Numbered from the stretch's first letter, positions 39,425 to 51,087 are shown. The stretch: DNA of 64,000 nt from Steroidobacterales bacterium (GCA_038234675.1 JBBQTF010000003.1:59360-123359); one strand, 5' to 3'. Numbers and translations are program-made. Notes: a model not told the origin generated them from the letters alone.

Positions 39425-41428
39425 CTAGAAGCGCACGCGAGCGATCCATCGGTACAGCAGGAACATGGTCAGAGCGAAGGCGCCGCCACCAATCCACACC
39501 GCGGCGTGGTCCGCAAACCCGTCACCCACCAGGGACAACGGATAATCCTGACCCGAAAAAGCCACAAATGCGGCGAGCAGCACCCCCACCAGCCCTTCCC
39601 CCACGATCATTCCCGAGGCCAGCAGCACGCCGAGCTGCTTGCGCGCGTCTGCCTTCGGACCTCGATTGGCGCGGCGGTCGTAATACCAGCCGGCGACGGC
39701 GCCCACCACCACCATCAGGGTGCTCTGCGTCGGCAAATATATCCCTAGACCCACGGCCAGCGGGGAGAGGTGGGCTGACTTCGTGCAGCGGCGCAAGGTT
39801 TCGTCGGCGCCGATCACCAGCACGCCGATCAGCGCGCCGATCTTGATCAGGCTCCAGTCCACGTTATTCTGGATTACGCCCTGCGCCAGTGCCGAAATCA
39901 GGCCCGCTTGGGGCGCGGGCAGGGGGTGCTCGTGGTGCATGCCCGGCGCGCCGGCGAAGCCGTAGGCGTGATTGAGCAGATCGAGGATCGGCGGAATGAT
40001 CGCCGCACCGGCCAGCACTCCAACCACCAGCGCCACCTGCTGCTTCCAGGGCGTGGCGTCGACCAGCTGACCGGTCTTCAGGTCCTGCAGGTTGTTGTTG
40101 GCGATGGCCGCTACTGCAAACACCACGGCCGTGACGAACAGCGCAAAGGCCACCAGTGCCTGCTGGCCGCTGGCGGCGACACGCCCCTGCACTCCAAACA
40201 CCAGCAGCAGCGCCGCGCCGATCACCACCAGGATGCCAATACCTGAGAGCGGGCTGTTTGAAGATCCAATGAGCCCGGCCATGTAGCCGCAGACCGCCGA
40301 TACAAAGAAGCTCATCAGCGCGATGTAGATCAATCCACCCACAACCAGCACCACCATGTGCTCGGCCAGACCGCTGATGGCCGCAAAGTGCACCAGCAAG
40401 GCGCCGATGGGCACCATGCACAGGAGCGAAACTATGGCCACCCAGCCGATTGGAATGTCCTGCTCGGTACGGGGCAGCAATGACCCGGTGCCCGCAGCCC
40501 GCGCCCGTGAGGCCGCCATGGCGGAGGCCAGTCCAGCCGCGACCGGCTTGACCAGTTTCGCCAGCGTCCATACGGCCGCCACCGCGATGGTCCCCGCACC
40601 AACGAAGCGCACCTTATGGCTCCACGTGGCCAGGGCCAGGTGGGCAATCGAATCGGCCCCGCCCGCCAGCGCCGAATAATGCGGTACGCCCCAGACCCAG
40701 CCGATTAGCGCGCCGACCAGCATCGCCACCCCAACCCACAATCCGACCAGATGTCCCACCGCAAATAAGGCGAACGACAGGAAAAAATCGAAGCCGGTCA
40801 CCCCGCCGCCTTCGCCGCCGACCCGGAAATAACGCACCACATCGCCGGCAAACACGCGCGTGGCCACGATGCAGGCAAAGACCGCGGACACTATCGAACC
40901 CCAGAGCACCGCCGCGAGTCCGGCGCGGCTCTCGTCCACGGCCGACGCGTCGGCATGCTCGCCGCCCCCGACCTTGAGCACCTCGGCACAAGCCACACCC
41001 TCGGGGTAGGGCAGGTCCGACTGCGTGACCAGCGCGCGCCGCAGCGGGATCGAGTACATCACGCCGAGCGTGCCACCGAGCGCGCAGATCGCGAACGAGA
41101 CCCAGTAAGGAAAGCCGGTCCACCAGCCGATCATCACCAGGCCAGGCAATACGAAAATGATCGAGGACAGCGTGCCGGCCGCTGAGGCGACCGTCTGGAC
41201 GATGTTGTTTTCCTGAATGGTCATGCCGCGGAAGCCACGCAGCACCGCCATGGAGATCACCGCTGCCGGGATCGAAGTGGCGAAGGTCAGCCCGGCTTTG
41301 AGGCCGAAGTAGACGTTGGCCGCGGTGAACACCACCGTGATTACGACACCAAGAATGAGACCGCGGATGGTCAGCTCGGCGCGGACCGCCTCGCGCGATG
41401 CGGCCAGCGTTGGCGTGGGCTTGCTCAT
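39425..41428 (-). CDS. OPT-family oligopeptide transporter
   Basis: 667 aa with about 16 TMs. The N-terminal ELTIRGLILGVVITVVFTAANVYFGLKAGLTF is typical of bacterial OPT proteins. Its ATG overlaps the tatC stop (ATGA). Confidence 0.85.
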   Translation of the reverse strand: MSKPTPTLAASREAVRAELTIRGLILGVVITVVFTAANVYFGLKAGLTFATSIPAAVISMAVLRGFRGMTIQENNIVQTVASAAGTLSSIIFVLPGLVMIGWWTGFPYWVSFAICALGGTLGVMYSIPLRRALVTQSDLPYPEGVACAEVLKVGGGEHADASAVDESRAGLAAVLWGSIVSAVFACIVATRVFAGDVVRYFRVGGEGGGVTGFDFFLSFALFAVGHLVGLWVGVAMLVGALIGWVWGVPHYSALAGGADSIAHLALATWSHKVRFVGAGTIAVAAVWTLAKLVKPVAAGLASAMAASRARAAGTGSLLPRTEQDIPIGWVAIVSLLCMVPIGALLVHFAAISGLAEHMVVLVVGGLIYIALMSFFVSAVCGYMAGLIGSSNSPLSGIGILVVIGAALLLVFGVQGRVAASGQQALVAFALFVTAVVFAVAAIANNNLQDLKTGQLVDATPWKQQVALVVGVLAGAAIIPPILDLLNHAYGFAGAPGMHHEHPLPAPQAGLISALAQGVIQNNVDWSLIKIGALIGVLVIGADETLRRCTKSAHLSPLAVGLGIYLPTQSTLMVVVGAVAGWYYDRRANRGPKADARKQLGVLLASGMIVGEGLVGVLLAAFVAFSGQDYPLSLVGDGFADHAAVWIGGGAFALTMFLLYRWIARVRF

Positions 41429-42204
41429 GAATTCTCCCCCTGCGAATCTTTTTTCTTTGCGCGAGCGCGCGTCACCATGCGTGCGAACAGGATCCCGCCC
41501 TCGTACAGCAGGTACATTGGCACCGCCATCACGGTTTGTGAGATAGCGTCCGGAGGCGTGAGTATCGCGGCGATGACAAACACCGCAATAAGCACGTAGC
41601 CGCGGATCCGGGTGAGTTTCTCCAGCGGCACCAGGCCCATCAGCACCAGCAGCACGACCGCGACCGGCACTTCAAACGCGATCCCAAAGGAAAAGAGCAG
41701 CACCAGCACGAACTCCACGTACATGGAGATGTCGGCCATCATCTGCACACCGTGCGGGGTGGTGTTTACAAAAAAGCCGAACATCATCGGGAACACGATG
41801 TAGTAGGCAAAGGCGATGCCTACATAGAAGAGAACGACCGAGGACACCAGGAGCGGTACGGCGAAGCTTTTCTCGTGGCGATACAGTCCCGGCGCCACGA
41901 ACGCCCACAGCTCGTAGAGGATGTAGGGCATCGCCACGACCAGCGCGGCCACAAAGGCGAGCTTGAGGGGCGTAGTGAAAGGCGCGGTGATGCTGGTCGA
42001 GATCAGCATGCTGTTGGCCGGCAATTGCTGCAGCAGCGGGTGAGAAAGCCACTCGAACAGCTGGTTCGAGTAGAACGCGCAGGGGATGAACACGATAACC
42101 ACCGCAATAAACGCACGCATCAGTCGCGTGCGCAATTCCAGCAGGTGCGAGATCAGTGTGCCCTCGAGGAGCGATTCACTCTCGCCGGTCATGCGGCGCG
42201 GCAT
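41425..42204 (-). CDS. tatC: twin-arginine translocase subunit TatC
   Basis: 259 aa with 6 TMs and LISHLLELRTRL. Confidence 0.95.
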   Translation of the reverse strand: MPRRMTGESESLLEGTLISHLLELRTRLMRAFIAVVIVFIPCAFYSNQLFEWLSHPLLQQLPANSMLISTSITAPFTTPLKLAFVAALVVAMPYILYELWAFVAPGLYRHEKSFAVPLLVSSVVLFYVGIAFAYYIVFPMMFGFFVNTTPHGVQMMADISMYVEFVLVLLFSFGIAFEVPVAVVLLVLMGLVPLEKLTRIRGYVLIAVFVIAAILTPPDAISQTVMAVPMYLLYEGGILFARMVTRARAKKKDSQGENS

Positions 42205-42496
42205 CGGTCGTGGGTGGTGAGCTTGGGGTTGTGGAGACGTCGGAAGCCGGCGCAGGCGCAGGGGCAGGCGGAGGTTCTGGCGGAGGCGCAGGTGCGGCCG
42301 GGGGCGACACGTTCAGGTCGAATTTAAGGTTGTCGGTTTCCGCCTCCAGCTGATCCCGGAACTGGCGCGCCATCGCGCGTGCCCGCCCGGCCCAGCGGCC
42401 AATGGCGCGCGCCACGTGCGGGAGCTTGTCCGGACCCAGGACCACCAGCGTCAGACCGAAGATCAGCAGGACCTCGGAAAAGCCGATATCAAACAT
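42176..42496 (-). CDS. tatB: twin-arginine translocase subunit TatB
   Basis: The internal Met gives MFDIGFSEVLLIFGLTLVVLGPDKLP plus a Pro/Ala-rich tail (106 aa). Confidence 0.9.
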   Translation of the reverse strand: MFDIGFSEVLLIFGLTLVVLGPDKLPHVARAIGRWAGRARAMARQFRDQLEAETDNLKFDLNVSPPAAPAPPPEPPPAPAPAPASDVSTTPSSPPTTDAAPHDRRE

Positions 42497-42509
42497 CGCA
42501 TGCGCCGAT

Positions 42510-42770
42510 TCAGGCGCGCCGGTCGTCCTGGCGCGGGGTTTCGCGCGCCGCGGCTGATTCCGGGAATTCGGCGTCCTTGGCGGCGCCCGTGGGCAGCTGC
42601 TTCTGGGTCGCGGCCTGCTGCTGCTCCTCCTCGCCCTCACTCATTGATTTCTTGAAGCCACGAACTGCGGAGCCCAAGTCCGAACCGATGGTGCGAAGTT
42701 TCTTGGTGCCGAACACCAGCAATACGACCACCAGGATGATGATCAGGTGGCGGGGTGAAAACAGGTCCAT
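42510..42770 (-). CDS. tatA: twin-arginine translocase subunit TatA
   Basis: The internal Met gives [33 protein letters not shown] (86 aa). Confidence 0.9.
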   Translation of the reverse strand: MDLFSPRHLIIILVVVLLVFGTKKLRTIGSDLGSAVRGFKKSMSEGEEEQQQAATQKQLPTGAAKDAEFPESAAARETPRQDDRRA

Positions 42771-42867
42771 AGCGTTCTCCAGAATCAAGCCGTAAAGGTC
42801 CGGCACTCAATAATAGGCGAACTTCAGCCCCAGCCGTAGCGGCGCTCTTCCGACTCTGCCGCGGGGT

Positions 42868-43317
42868 TCACGCTTTCGGGGGTACTTGCAGCCAGAAGGT
42901 CACGGGCCCGTCGTTGGTTAGGGACACTTGCATGTGGGCGCCAAACTCCCCGCTGGCCACCTCAGGGTGGGCGGTGCGGGCCGCGGCCAGGAATTGCTCG
43001 AACAGTTTCCGCGCCAGCGCCGGCTCGGCGGCCGTAGAAAACCCGGGGCGGTTCCCCGAGCGGGTATCGGCGGCGAGGGTGAACTGGGGCACCAGCAAGA
43101 GGCCGCCGTGCACGTCGCGGAGCGATTGGTTCATGCGCCCGGTGGTGTCCGGAAAGACGCGGAATTCGAGTAGCCGCTCAAGCAACCGCACGACCAGGGA
43201 CTCATCGTCGTCACGCTCCACTCCGATCAGTGCCAGCAGCCCGGTGTTGATCTGCCCACGCCTCTGGGTGTCGATCACCACGCAGGCGCTCGTCACGCGC
43301 TGAATCAGTGCGATCAT
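42868..43317 (-). CDS. dtd: D-aminoacyl-tRNA deacylase
   Basis: 149 aa with MIALIQRV... and ...SLTNDGPVTFWL. Confidence 0.93.
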   Translation of the reverse strand: MIALIQRVTSACVVIDTQRRGQINTGLLALIGVERDDDESLVVRLLERLLEFRVFPDTTGRMNQSLRDVHGGLLLVPQFTLAADTRSGNRPGFSTAAEPALARKLFEQFLAAARTAHPEVASGEFGAHMQVSLTNDGPVTFWLQVPPKA

Positions 43318-43403
43318 GCAGTGGCAAATCCGATGCTGAGTCCGTACACTTTGCCGCCATTTTACGGCCCCTGCAGGCCGTCGGTTGCTCTCGGAGTTCG
43401 ATT

Positions 43404-44024
43404 ATGCCTTCCATGTTGCGTTGCTGGGTCAGGGTCGCGGGCGCACTGCTCGCATGGGCGCTCGCCACGCCGGGGCAGGCGGCCGGGGATTCCCAGCGCG
43501 GCAAGCAGATCGGCTACACCTGCCTGGGGTGCCACGGCGTCGAGAATTACAAGAATGTCTACCCGACCTACAGCGTGCCCAAGCTGGTCGGGCAACATCC
43601 CGAGTACCTCGTGGCGGCCCTCAAGGCCTACCGCGGCAAGCAACGCTCGCACGGCACGATGTATGCGCAGGCCAGTTCATTGAGCGATCAGGACATGGAA
43701 GACGTCGCCGCCTACTTGTCCAAGGAGCCATTGGCCGCCACTGCGACCAAAGTCGGCACCGCACCGGCCAAAGTAACCGCCCTGTGCTCGGCCTGCCACG
43801 GCTCAAACGGCGTGGGACTGATGGGTGCGTATCCGACGCTCGCAGGGCAGCACGCCGACTACCTGGCACGCTCGCTTGTGGAATATCAGAAGGGCGATCG
43901 CAAGAATGCCATCATGCAGTCCTTCGTCGGGCAGCTGTCGCCCGCCGATATCACCTTGATCGCGGATTACTACGGCGCGCAGCGACCGCAACTGCAGACC
44001 GTGCTGCGTCGCAGCTGGCTGTAG
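43404..44024 (+). CDS. di-heme cytochrome c4
   Basis: The internal Met gives a signal peptide. There are two CxxCH motifs (CLGCH, CSACH), each followed by a Met-ligand region. Confidence 0.8.
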   Translation: MPSMLRCWVRVAGALLAWALATPGQAAGDSQRGKQIGYTCLGCHGVENYKNVYPTYSVPKLVGQHPEYLVAALKAYRGKQRSHGTMYAQASSLSDQDMEDVAAYLSKEPLAATATKVGTAPAKVTALCSACHGSNGVGLMGAYPTLAGQHADYLARSLVEYQKGDRKNAIMQSFVGQLSPADITLIADYYGAQRPQLQTVLRRSWL

Positions 44025-44055
44025 ACCTTACAAGAACCACGCCCCCCCGCCCCCT

Positions 44056-45873
44056 CTATCCGCCCAGCTGGCTGGCGATAAACTGGGCGATCACCGACTG
44101 CGCACCGAGCTGCTCCACCTCGCTTGAGAGCCTCTCGCCCCGGTCGCGCGGCGCCACAAACCAGCTGTCGATTTTCGCTGAACGCAGCCGCCACAACAGC
44201 TGCTCGGCCGAAGCGGCATCCAGCGCCGGGCTGCTCAGGCCGCGCACCAGCAGCACGGGCTTACGGATCGGCATGACCTGTGCGCTGGAGGCCATGCCAT
44301 CAACGCTCACCGCGGCGCGCAAGCGGTCGCCATAGAGTCCCAGACCCGTGAGGGCGAGCGTGCCGCCGGCATCGCGCCCCAGCACCATGACACGGTCGCG
44401 ACGCATGTCGGGCTGTGCACCCAGCCAGGCCAGCAACGCGCCGAGGTCGAGCACGCCCGACTCGCCCTCGCGCAGCCCCGGGGCGATCACGGCCACCTTG
44501 AGTTCATTCACGCAGTACTGCACGAAAGGGTCGAGCTGTGCGCTGGGAGCTGTGCCGGCGCCATTGAGCATGACCAGCACGGGATAGGGTCCGGGACTGC
44601 GCGGGCGATAGAGCAGCGCCGTGAGCGCGCTGCTGCTGCCGCCCGGACGGTCCCAGGTCGGGAAGCGCACGGTCAGCGGCGCGATAAGCCGCGCGGCGGA
44701 ATACGGCCCGAGCTTGCTCTCGGTCCAGCGTCCACAGGCCTTCGCACCGAGCTCGCACACGTACACGGCACTCGGCGTCGTGCTGGCGGTGAGTTCCACG
44801 GCGAGGCGCGTGCCGCCATGATCGAAACGCAGCGCGCTCACCGCACCTGGCGGCAAGCTGGGAAGTACGCTGACCCCGTTGGTTATCCGATCCAGCAGCG
44901 CGATCCGGCTGTAGCCGAATTCGGTCCAGCTCAGGGCGATCGAGCGGTTGGCGGTGCCGACGTCAAAGTGTTCGACCTCATGGCCGAGCGGCGCGCTCAG
45001 TTCCACTGTGGCGTGGTCGTACAGGTCGACGTAGCGCAGTCCGCGATGCCCACCGGCCGGTTCGCTGATGTAGTAAACCCCGCGGTCGTCCTGCGCGAGT
45101 CGTGCTTCCCCGATATGGGCGGAAGCGCTAGCCCCTGCTCCAGCGGCATCCACGCGTCGCGCGCCGCCCGTCTCGAGGTCGACCAGCAGCAACTCATCGC
45201 CGCTCCCCGCAATCGTGTGGCGCACCAGCAGGGAACGATCCGCACTGGTCCAAGCCAATACCTCACGGGCATCCGCGTTGCCGCTCGACACCAGGCGCGG
45301 CCCGGACGAATCGGCGGTATCGAGCACATACACGTCGGTACTGCGGCCATCGCGCAGCCTCGCAGTAAAGGCCAGGCGCCGGCCGTCGTGCGCCCACACC
45401 GGCGTACCCGGATGAGCCCGAGGCGGCACCAGTATTTTCGTATCAGCGCCCGAAAGCGCCCGCAGGCCAAGCCCTGCGCCCTCATGGCCGTCCTCACCGC
45501 GCGCAACACCCAGGTAGGCGACCCAGTCGTTGTGAAATGATTGCGCGGCAGCAAAGCGCACTAGGCCGCCCGGCGCGCCAAGCGGCTGCGGCTGGGAATC
45601 TGGAGGGGCACCCGTGAGGCGGCGAATCTGATCCTGGCCGCCCTCGCGCACGGCGACCAGAAGGGCGCCGTCGCTCGTCCAGTCCAGGAAGCGCGCATCG
45701 GCGTCGCTCCGGTATTGCTGCAATCCGGCGCCGATCTGCGCGCCGATGAGGGGCACGCCGTCCTTGAGCACGCCATCCTGTACGCTGCGCCCAGCCCAGA
45801 CCGGGACACAACTGAGCGCCAGACACAGGCCGAGCCAGGGCGCCACGGCGAGTGCGTAGTTCGGTCGGCGCAT
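44056..45873 (-). CDS. S9 (prolyl-oligopeptidase)-fold protein: beta-propeller plus alpha/beta-hydrolase domain, catalytic triad apparently absent
   Basis: The internal Met (MRRPNYALAVAPWLGLCLALSCVPVWA) gives a signal peptide. TolB-like propeller repeats follow, then a C-terminal hydrolase fold. That fold has GRDAGG where GxSxGG is expected. Confidence 0.6.
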   Translation of the reverse strand: MRRPNYALAVAPWLGLCLALSCVPVWAGRSVQDGVLKDGVPLIGAQIGAGLQQYRSDADARFLDWTSDGALLVAVREGGQDQIRRLTGAPPDSQPQPLGAPGGLVRFAAAQSFHNDWVAYLGVARGEDGHEGAGLGLRALSGADTKILVPPRAHPGTPVWAHDGRRLAFTARLRDGRSTDVYVLDTADSSGPRLVSSGNADAREVLAWTSADRSLLVRHTIAGSGDELLLVDLETGGARRVDAAGAGASASAHIGEARLAQDDRGVYYISEPAGGHRGLRYVDLYDHATVELSAPLGHEVEHFDVGTANRSIALSWTEFGYSRIALLDRITNGVSVLPSLPPGAVSALRFDHGGTRLAVELTASTTPSAVYVCELGAKACGRWTESKLGPYSAARLIAPLTVRFPTWDRPGGSSSALTALLYRPRSPGPYPVLVMLNGAGTAPSAQLDPFVQYCVNELKVAVIAPGLREGESGVLDLGALLAWLGAQPDMRRDRVMVLGRDAGGTLALTGLGLYGDRLRAAVSVDGMASSAQVMPIRKPVLLVRGLSSPALDAASAEQLLWRLRSAKIDSWFVAPRDRGERLSSEVEQLGAQSVIAQFIASQLGG

Positions 45874-45935
45874 CCTTGATATCGTTCCTGAATGGACTGC
45901 GGGTATTGTGCCTGCAGCGGCGCACAAGGCAACCC

Positions 45936-46604
45936 ATGCAGGCAACTTCTGCCGCAGATCTGCGCGGCGCGGCGCAGCAGCTCGGCGTGCCACTGGACGC
46001 TGCCATGGCGAGCAAGCTGTTGCGATTGCTCGACGAGCTCCAGCAATGGAATCGCGCCTACAATCTGACCGGCATCGACAATCCAGAAGCGATGGTGGCA
46101 ACGCATTTGCTCGACAGTCTCGCCGTGAGCGGCGATCTGGCGGGCTCGCGTATCGCGGATCTGGGGACCGGCGCGGGCTTCCCGGGTTTGCCGCTGGCCA
46201 TCGTGCACCCGGAGCGACACTTCACGCTCATCGACGCCACCGCGAAGAAAGTCCGGTTCGTGTCCCACGCAGCGCGCGCGCTCGGCCTTTCGAACGTGGA
46301 AGCCTTGCAGGCCCGCGCGGAGTGCATGCGGCCCAAGGAGCTTTTCGATACGGTGATCGCGCGTGCCGTGGCGCCGCTTCCTAAGCTTGCGGGGCTGGCG
46401 CGGCCCTTAAGCCGCCCGGGCACGCGACTGCTGGCGCTCAAAGGCAAGCGTCCCGTGGCCGAGCTCGCGGCGATCCCCTCCGACTGGGAACTGCTCGGTG
46501 TGCGTGAACTTCGCGTGCCCGGACTTGAGGCCGAGCGCTGCCTGGTGACCCTGATCGCGCGGCCCGGGGTTGCACGCGGTGCAAGTTCTCCCGTAACCGC
46601 GTGA
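45936..46604 (+). CDS. rsmG: 16S rRNA (guanine527-N7)-methyltransferase RsmG
   Basis: The internal Met is used. It has LQQWNRAYNLTGI and the SAM motif DLGTGAGFPGLPLAI. Confidence 0.92.
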   Translation: MQATSAADLRGAAQQLGVPLDAAMASKLLRLLDELQQWNRAYNLTGIDNPEAMVATHLLDSLAVSGDLAGSRIADLGTGAGFPGLPLAIVHPERHFTLIDATAKKVRFVSHAARALGLSNVEALQARAECMRPKELFDTVIARAVAPLPKLAGLARPLSRPGTRLLALKGKRPVAELAAIPSDWELLGVRELRVPGLEAERCLVTLIARPGVARGASSPVTA

Positions 46605-46625
46605 GCTGACCTACACTAAAGGAAC

Positions 46626-47417
46626 ATGAAACGCGTAATCGCAGTGGCTAACCAAAAGGGCGGCGTCGGTAAGACGACCACGGCGGTAAACCTAGCTGCA
46701 TCACTCGCGGCCACCCGGCGCGCGGTGTTGCTCGTGGACCTGGATCCACAGGGCAATGCCACCACCGGGTGCGGCGTCGACAAGTCCACCCTGCAGCGGG
46801 GTACGCTCGAAGTGTTGCTCGGCGAATGCAGCGCGGCCGAGGCAATCCTGCGGCCCGAGGGCCTGACGATGGCGCTATTGCCGGCGAATCAGGATCTGAC
46901 CGCGGCCGAGGTGCGGTTGCTGGCGATGCCCGCCGGTCGCGAACAACGGCTCAAGGAGGCGCTCGCCCCGCTGCGCACCGGGTTCGATGTGGTGCTGATC
47001 GACTGCCCTCCTTCGCTCAACATTCTGACCGTTAACGCCCTGATCGCCGCGGACAGTGTCCTTATACCGATGCAGTGCGAGTTCTACGCGCTCGAAGGAC
47101 TTTCGGCATTGGTGGCCACCATCGAGCAGATACGCGACGCGGGCAATCCGCAACTGGAGATCGAGGGGATCCTGCGCACGATGTACGACCCGCGCAATAA
47201 CCTCGCGCTCGAAGTGGGCGGTCAATTGATGGAGCATTTCGGCGAAAAGGTGTTCCGCACCGTCGTGCCGCGCAATGTGCGGCTGGCCGAGGCGCCCTCG
47301 TTCGGCCGTCCGGCGATCCTCCACGACAAGGACTCGCGCGGCGCGCTGGCCTACCTCGCGCTCGCCGGGGAAATGCTGCGACGGGACGACGTGGTGCAGG
47401 CCGGAGCGGCGACATGA
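46626..47417 (+). CDS. parA: chromosome partitioning ATPase ParA
   Basis: 263 aa with the deviant Walker [12 protein letters not shown]. Confidence 0.95.
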   Translation: MKRVIAVANQKGGVGKTTTAVNLAASLAATRRAVLLVDLDPQGNATTGCGVDKSTLQRGTLEVLLGECSAAEAILRPEGLTMALLPANQDLTAAEVRLLAMPAGREQRLKEALAPLRTGFDVVLIDCPPSLNILTVNALIAADSVLIPMQCEFYALEGLSALVATIEQIRDAGNPQLEIEGILRTMYDPRNNLALEVGGQLMEHFGEKVFRTVVPRNVRLAEAPSFGRPAILHDKDSRGALAYLALAGEMLRRDDVVQAGAAT

Positions 47418-48319
47418 CGCAGAAAAAGCCGACCCTTGGGCGTGGCCTGGCCGATCTGCTGGGGCAGGCCCGTCCGACCGCGCCTGCTGCGGACAGAGTC
47501 GCGCCGCTCGTCGGGGAGCAACTGGCGCGCCTCCCGGTCGAACTGCTACAACGCGGCCGCTATCAGCCGCGCACCGATTTACGCTCAGATACCTTGAACG
47601 AACTGGCCGAATCCATACGCCAGCAGGGCATTATCCAGCCCATCGTGGTGCGGCCCTTGGGCGGCGCCGGCACCGAGCAACGGTACGAAATCATCGCCGG
47701 CGAGCGTCGCTGGCGGGCGGCGCAGCTGGCCGGCCTCACCGAGATTCCCGCGATTATCCGGGAGGTGCCCGATGAGGCGGCCGTGGCCATGGCCCTCATC
47801 GAAAATATCCAGCGCGAGGACCTCAACCCGCTCGAGGAAGCCCACGCCTTTGAGCGCCTGATCGGTGAATTCGGGCTCACCCATCAGCAGGTGGCCGACG
47901 CCGTCGGACGTTCGAGGGTGTCGGTGACGAACCTGCTTCGTCTGATCGATCTGGCCCCGGAGGTGGGCCGGTTGGTGGAGCGTCGCGAGCTGGATATGGG
48001 TCACGCCCGGGCGCTACTGGGTCTCGAAAATCATCGAAAACAGACCGAACTGGCCCTATTGGTTGTGAAAAAGGGGTTATCTGTACGGGAAACCGAAGCC
48101 TTAGTCCGGCGTCTCAACAATCCCGAAAAGCATCGGGCCGCCGAGAATGGCTCGGCGGTGGCCGGACGTGATCCCAACGTAACGCGGCTCGAAACCGAGC
48201 TGGCAGACAAGCTCGGGGCCCAGGTGCAGATCCAGCACACGAGTGCGGGGCGCGGCAAGCTGGTCGTCGCGTACAACAGCCTGGATGAATTGGACGGAAT
48301 TCTGTCGCACATTCAGTAG
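47414..48319 (+). CDS. parB: chromosome partitioning protein ParB
   Basis: 301 aa with ParB box II ([11 protein letters not shown]) and an HTH. It overlaps the parA stop by 4 nt. Confidence 0.95.
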   Translation: MTQKKPTLGRGLADLLGQARPTAPAADRVAPLVGEQLARLPVELLQRGRYQPRTDLRSDTLNELAESIRQQGIIQPIVVRPLGGAGTEQRYEIIAGERRWRAAQLAGLTEIPAIIREVPDEAAVAMALIENIQREDLNPLEEAHAFERLIGEFGLTHQQVADAVGRSRVSVTNLLRLIDLAPEVGRLVERRELDMGHARALLGLENHRKQTELALLVVKKGLSVRETEALVRRLNNPEKHRAAENGSAVAGRDPNVTRLETELADKLGAQVQIQHTSAGRGKLVVAYNSLDELDGILSHIQ

Positions 48320-48401
48320 TGCGGGGCCACCCGCGATCGGCCTTTTGCAATGCATTAAAAGCGTTGAAGCCCGGTAGCGTCCTCCCTATAATGCGCCGCC
48401 T

Positions 48402-48836
48402 TTGCGATGGGGCCTGGGTCGCGTCCTAGCCATAGGGATTCCGCTGACGCAATACAGCTTTGCGCTTGCCCGCCGCCAGGCTTTGACGCTGGTGGCTGGC
48501 CAGGTGGCGATTGCCGGAATCGTCGCGCTTGTTTGCGCTGCGTGGCTAGGAGCACCGGCAGGAATTGCGGCCGCGATCGGGGGGACCATAGGAGCGATGG
48601 CGAGCCTGGCCCAGGTGGCCAGCGGCTTCCGCCGGAGCACGGCCGGCGATGCACCGGCGATCGCGCGCGGCTTTTACCGCGGTGAAGCGATAAAGATTGC
48701 AGTGACGGTGCTGCTGTTTGTTCTCGCTCTGCGCGGGCGGCGTCTGGCGGCGGGTCCGCTGTTTGCGGGGTACTTGGCGACATTTGTCGCGTACTGGATC
48801 GCGCTTTGGCGATCCGTGGGCACACGCGAGGCGTGA
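48402..48836 (+). CDS. atpI: F0F1 ATP synthase protein I
   Basis: 144-aa, 4-TM ORF immediately upstream of atpB. Confidence 0.75.
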   Translation: MRWGLGRVLAIGIPLTQYSFALARRQALTLVAGQVAIAGIVALVCAAWLGAPAGIAAAIGGTIGAMASLAQVASGFRRSTAGDAPAIARGFYRGEAIKIAVTVLLFVLALRGRRLAAGPLFAGYLATFVAYWIALWRSVGTREA

Positions 48837-48866
48837 GCGGTTTGGTCGGGACTTATATATAGGTAG

Positions 48867-49727
<861 letters not shown>

Positions 49728-49758
49728 TTTTTGTATCGGTATCAGAGTTTGTTTCTAA

Positions 49759-50040
<282 letters not shown>

Positions 50041-50073
50041 GCGGCATCCTGAGCTAGTCGCGAGGTACACGGC

Positions 50074-50544
50074 GTGAATCTGAATGCAACGATTCTGGCG
50101 CAGATGTGCATCTTCGCCCTCGTGATATGGGTGGCGATGAAGTTCCTGTGGCCCGAGATCACCGGCTCCATCCAGGAACGGACGCGGCGCATCGCTGAGG
50201 GACTGGCGGCTGCCGAGCAGGGCCGCAAGGATCTGGTAGAGGCCGAATCGCGTGCCGAGGAACTGATCAAGGCGGCGCGCGAGCGCGCTCTGGGCATGGA
50301 AAACCAGGCCCAGGCCCGGGCCAATCAGATCGTCGAGGCGGCTAAGCAGACCGCCCAGAGTGAGGCGGCGCGGCTCCTTGAGAGCGCCCGGGCGCAAGTG
50401 ACACTCGATACCCAGAAGGCGCGCGAGGAACTGCGTGGCCAGGTTGCTTCCCTTGCGGTGAGCGGCGCGGCGCAGATCATTGGGCGCGAGATCGACCCGC
50501 GCGCCCACGCGCAATTGCTCGACAAGCTGGCCGTGGGCCTCTGA
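50074..50544 (+). CDS. atpF: ATP synthase F0 subunit b
   Basis: 156 aa with a GTG start, an N-terminal TM and a long charged helix. Confidence 0.92.
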   Translation: MNLNATILAQMCIFALVIWVAMKFLWPEITGSIQERTRRIAEGLAAAEQGRKDLVEAESRAEELIKAARERALGMENQAQARANQIVEAAKQTAQSEAARLLESARAQVTLDTQKAREELRGQVASLAVSGAAQIIGREIDPRAHAQLLDKLAVGL

Positions 50545-50550
50545 GCGAGC

Positions 50551-51087
50551 ATGGCAGAGCGCATCACAATCGCCCGGCCCTACGCGAAGGCAGTATTCAA
50601 GCTGGCCCACAGTCAGAAGCGCTTTTCGCACTGGTCCGAAGTCCTGAGCCTGGGCGCGAGCGTGGTGAGCGACCCCCGTGTCAAAGCTCTCCTTAACAAT
50701 CCTGCCGTGCCCGCCGACCAGCTGGTCGCTCTGATTGGCGACGCGGGCGGGGCCCGCCTGGATGAACAGGCGAGGAATTTTATGGCCACCCTGGCGGCCA
50801 ACCGGCGCCTGGGGTATTTACCCGAAATCGCCGCGCGCTATGAGCAGCTGCGCGCCGACGCCGAACGCACCGTGGAAGTCACGGTGACCTCAGCCGTGGA
50901 ACTGAGCGCGGCACAAAAGTCCCACTATGCCGCGGCGCTGGCCAAGCGGCTCGGCCGCGAAGTGCACTTGAACTGCCAGACTGATCCGGCCCTGCTCGGT
51001 GGTGCCGTGGTGCGCGCCGACGATCTGGTAATCGATGGCAGCGTACGCGCCGGTCTGACGCAATTGGCGGCGGCAATCGCGAATTAA
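50551..51087 (+). CDS. atpH: ATP synthase F1 subunit delta
   Basis: 178 aa with ITIARPYAKAVF..., in the correct operon position. Confidence 0.92.
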   Translation: MAERITIARPYAKAVFKLAHSQKRFSHWSEVLSLGASVVSDPRVKALLNNPAVPADQLVALIGDAGGARLDEQARNFMATLAANRRLGYLPEIAARYEQLRADAERTVEVTVTSAVELSAAQKSHYAAALAKRLGREVHLNCQTDPALLGGAVVRADDLVIDGSVRAGLTQLAAAIAN

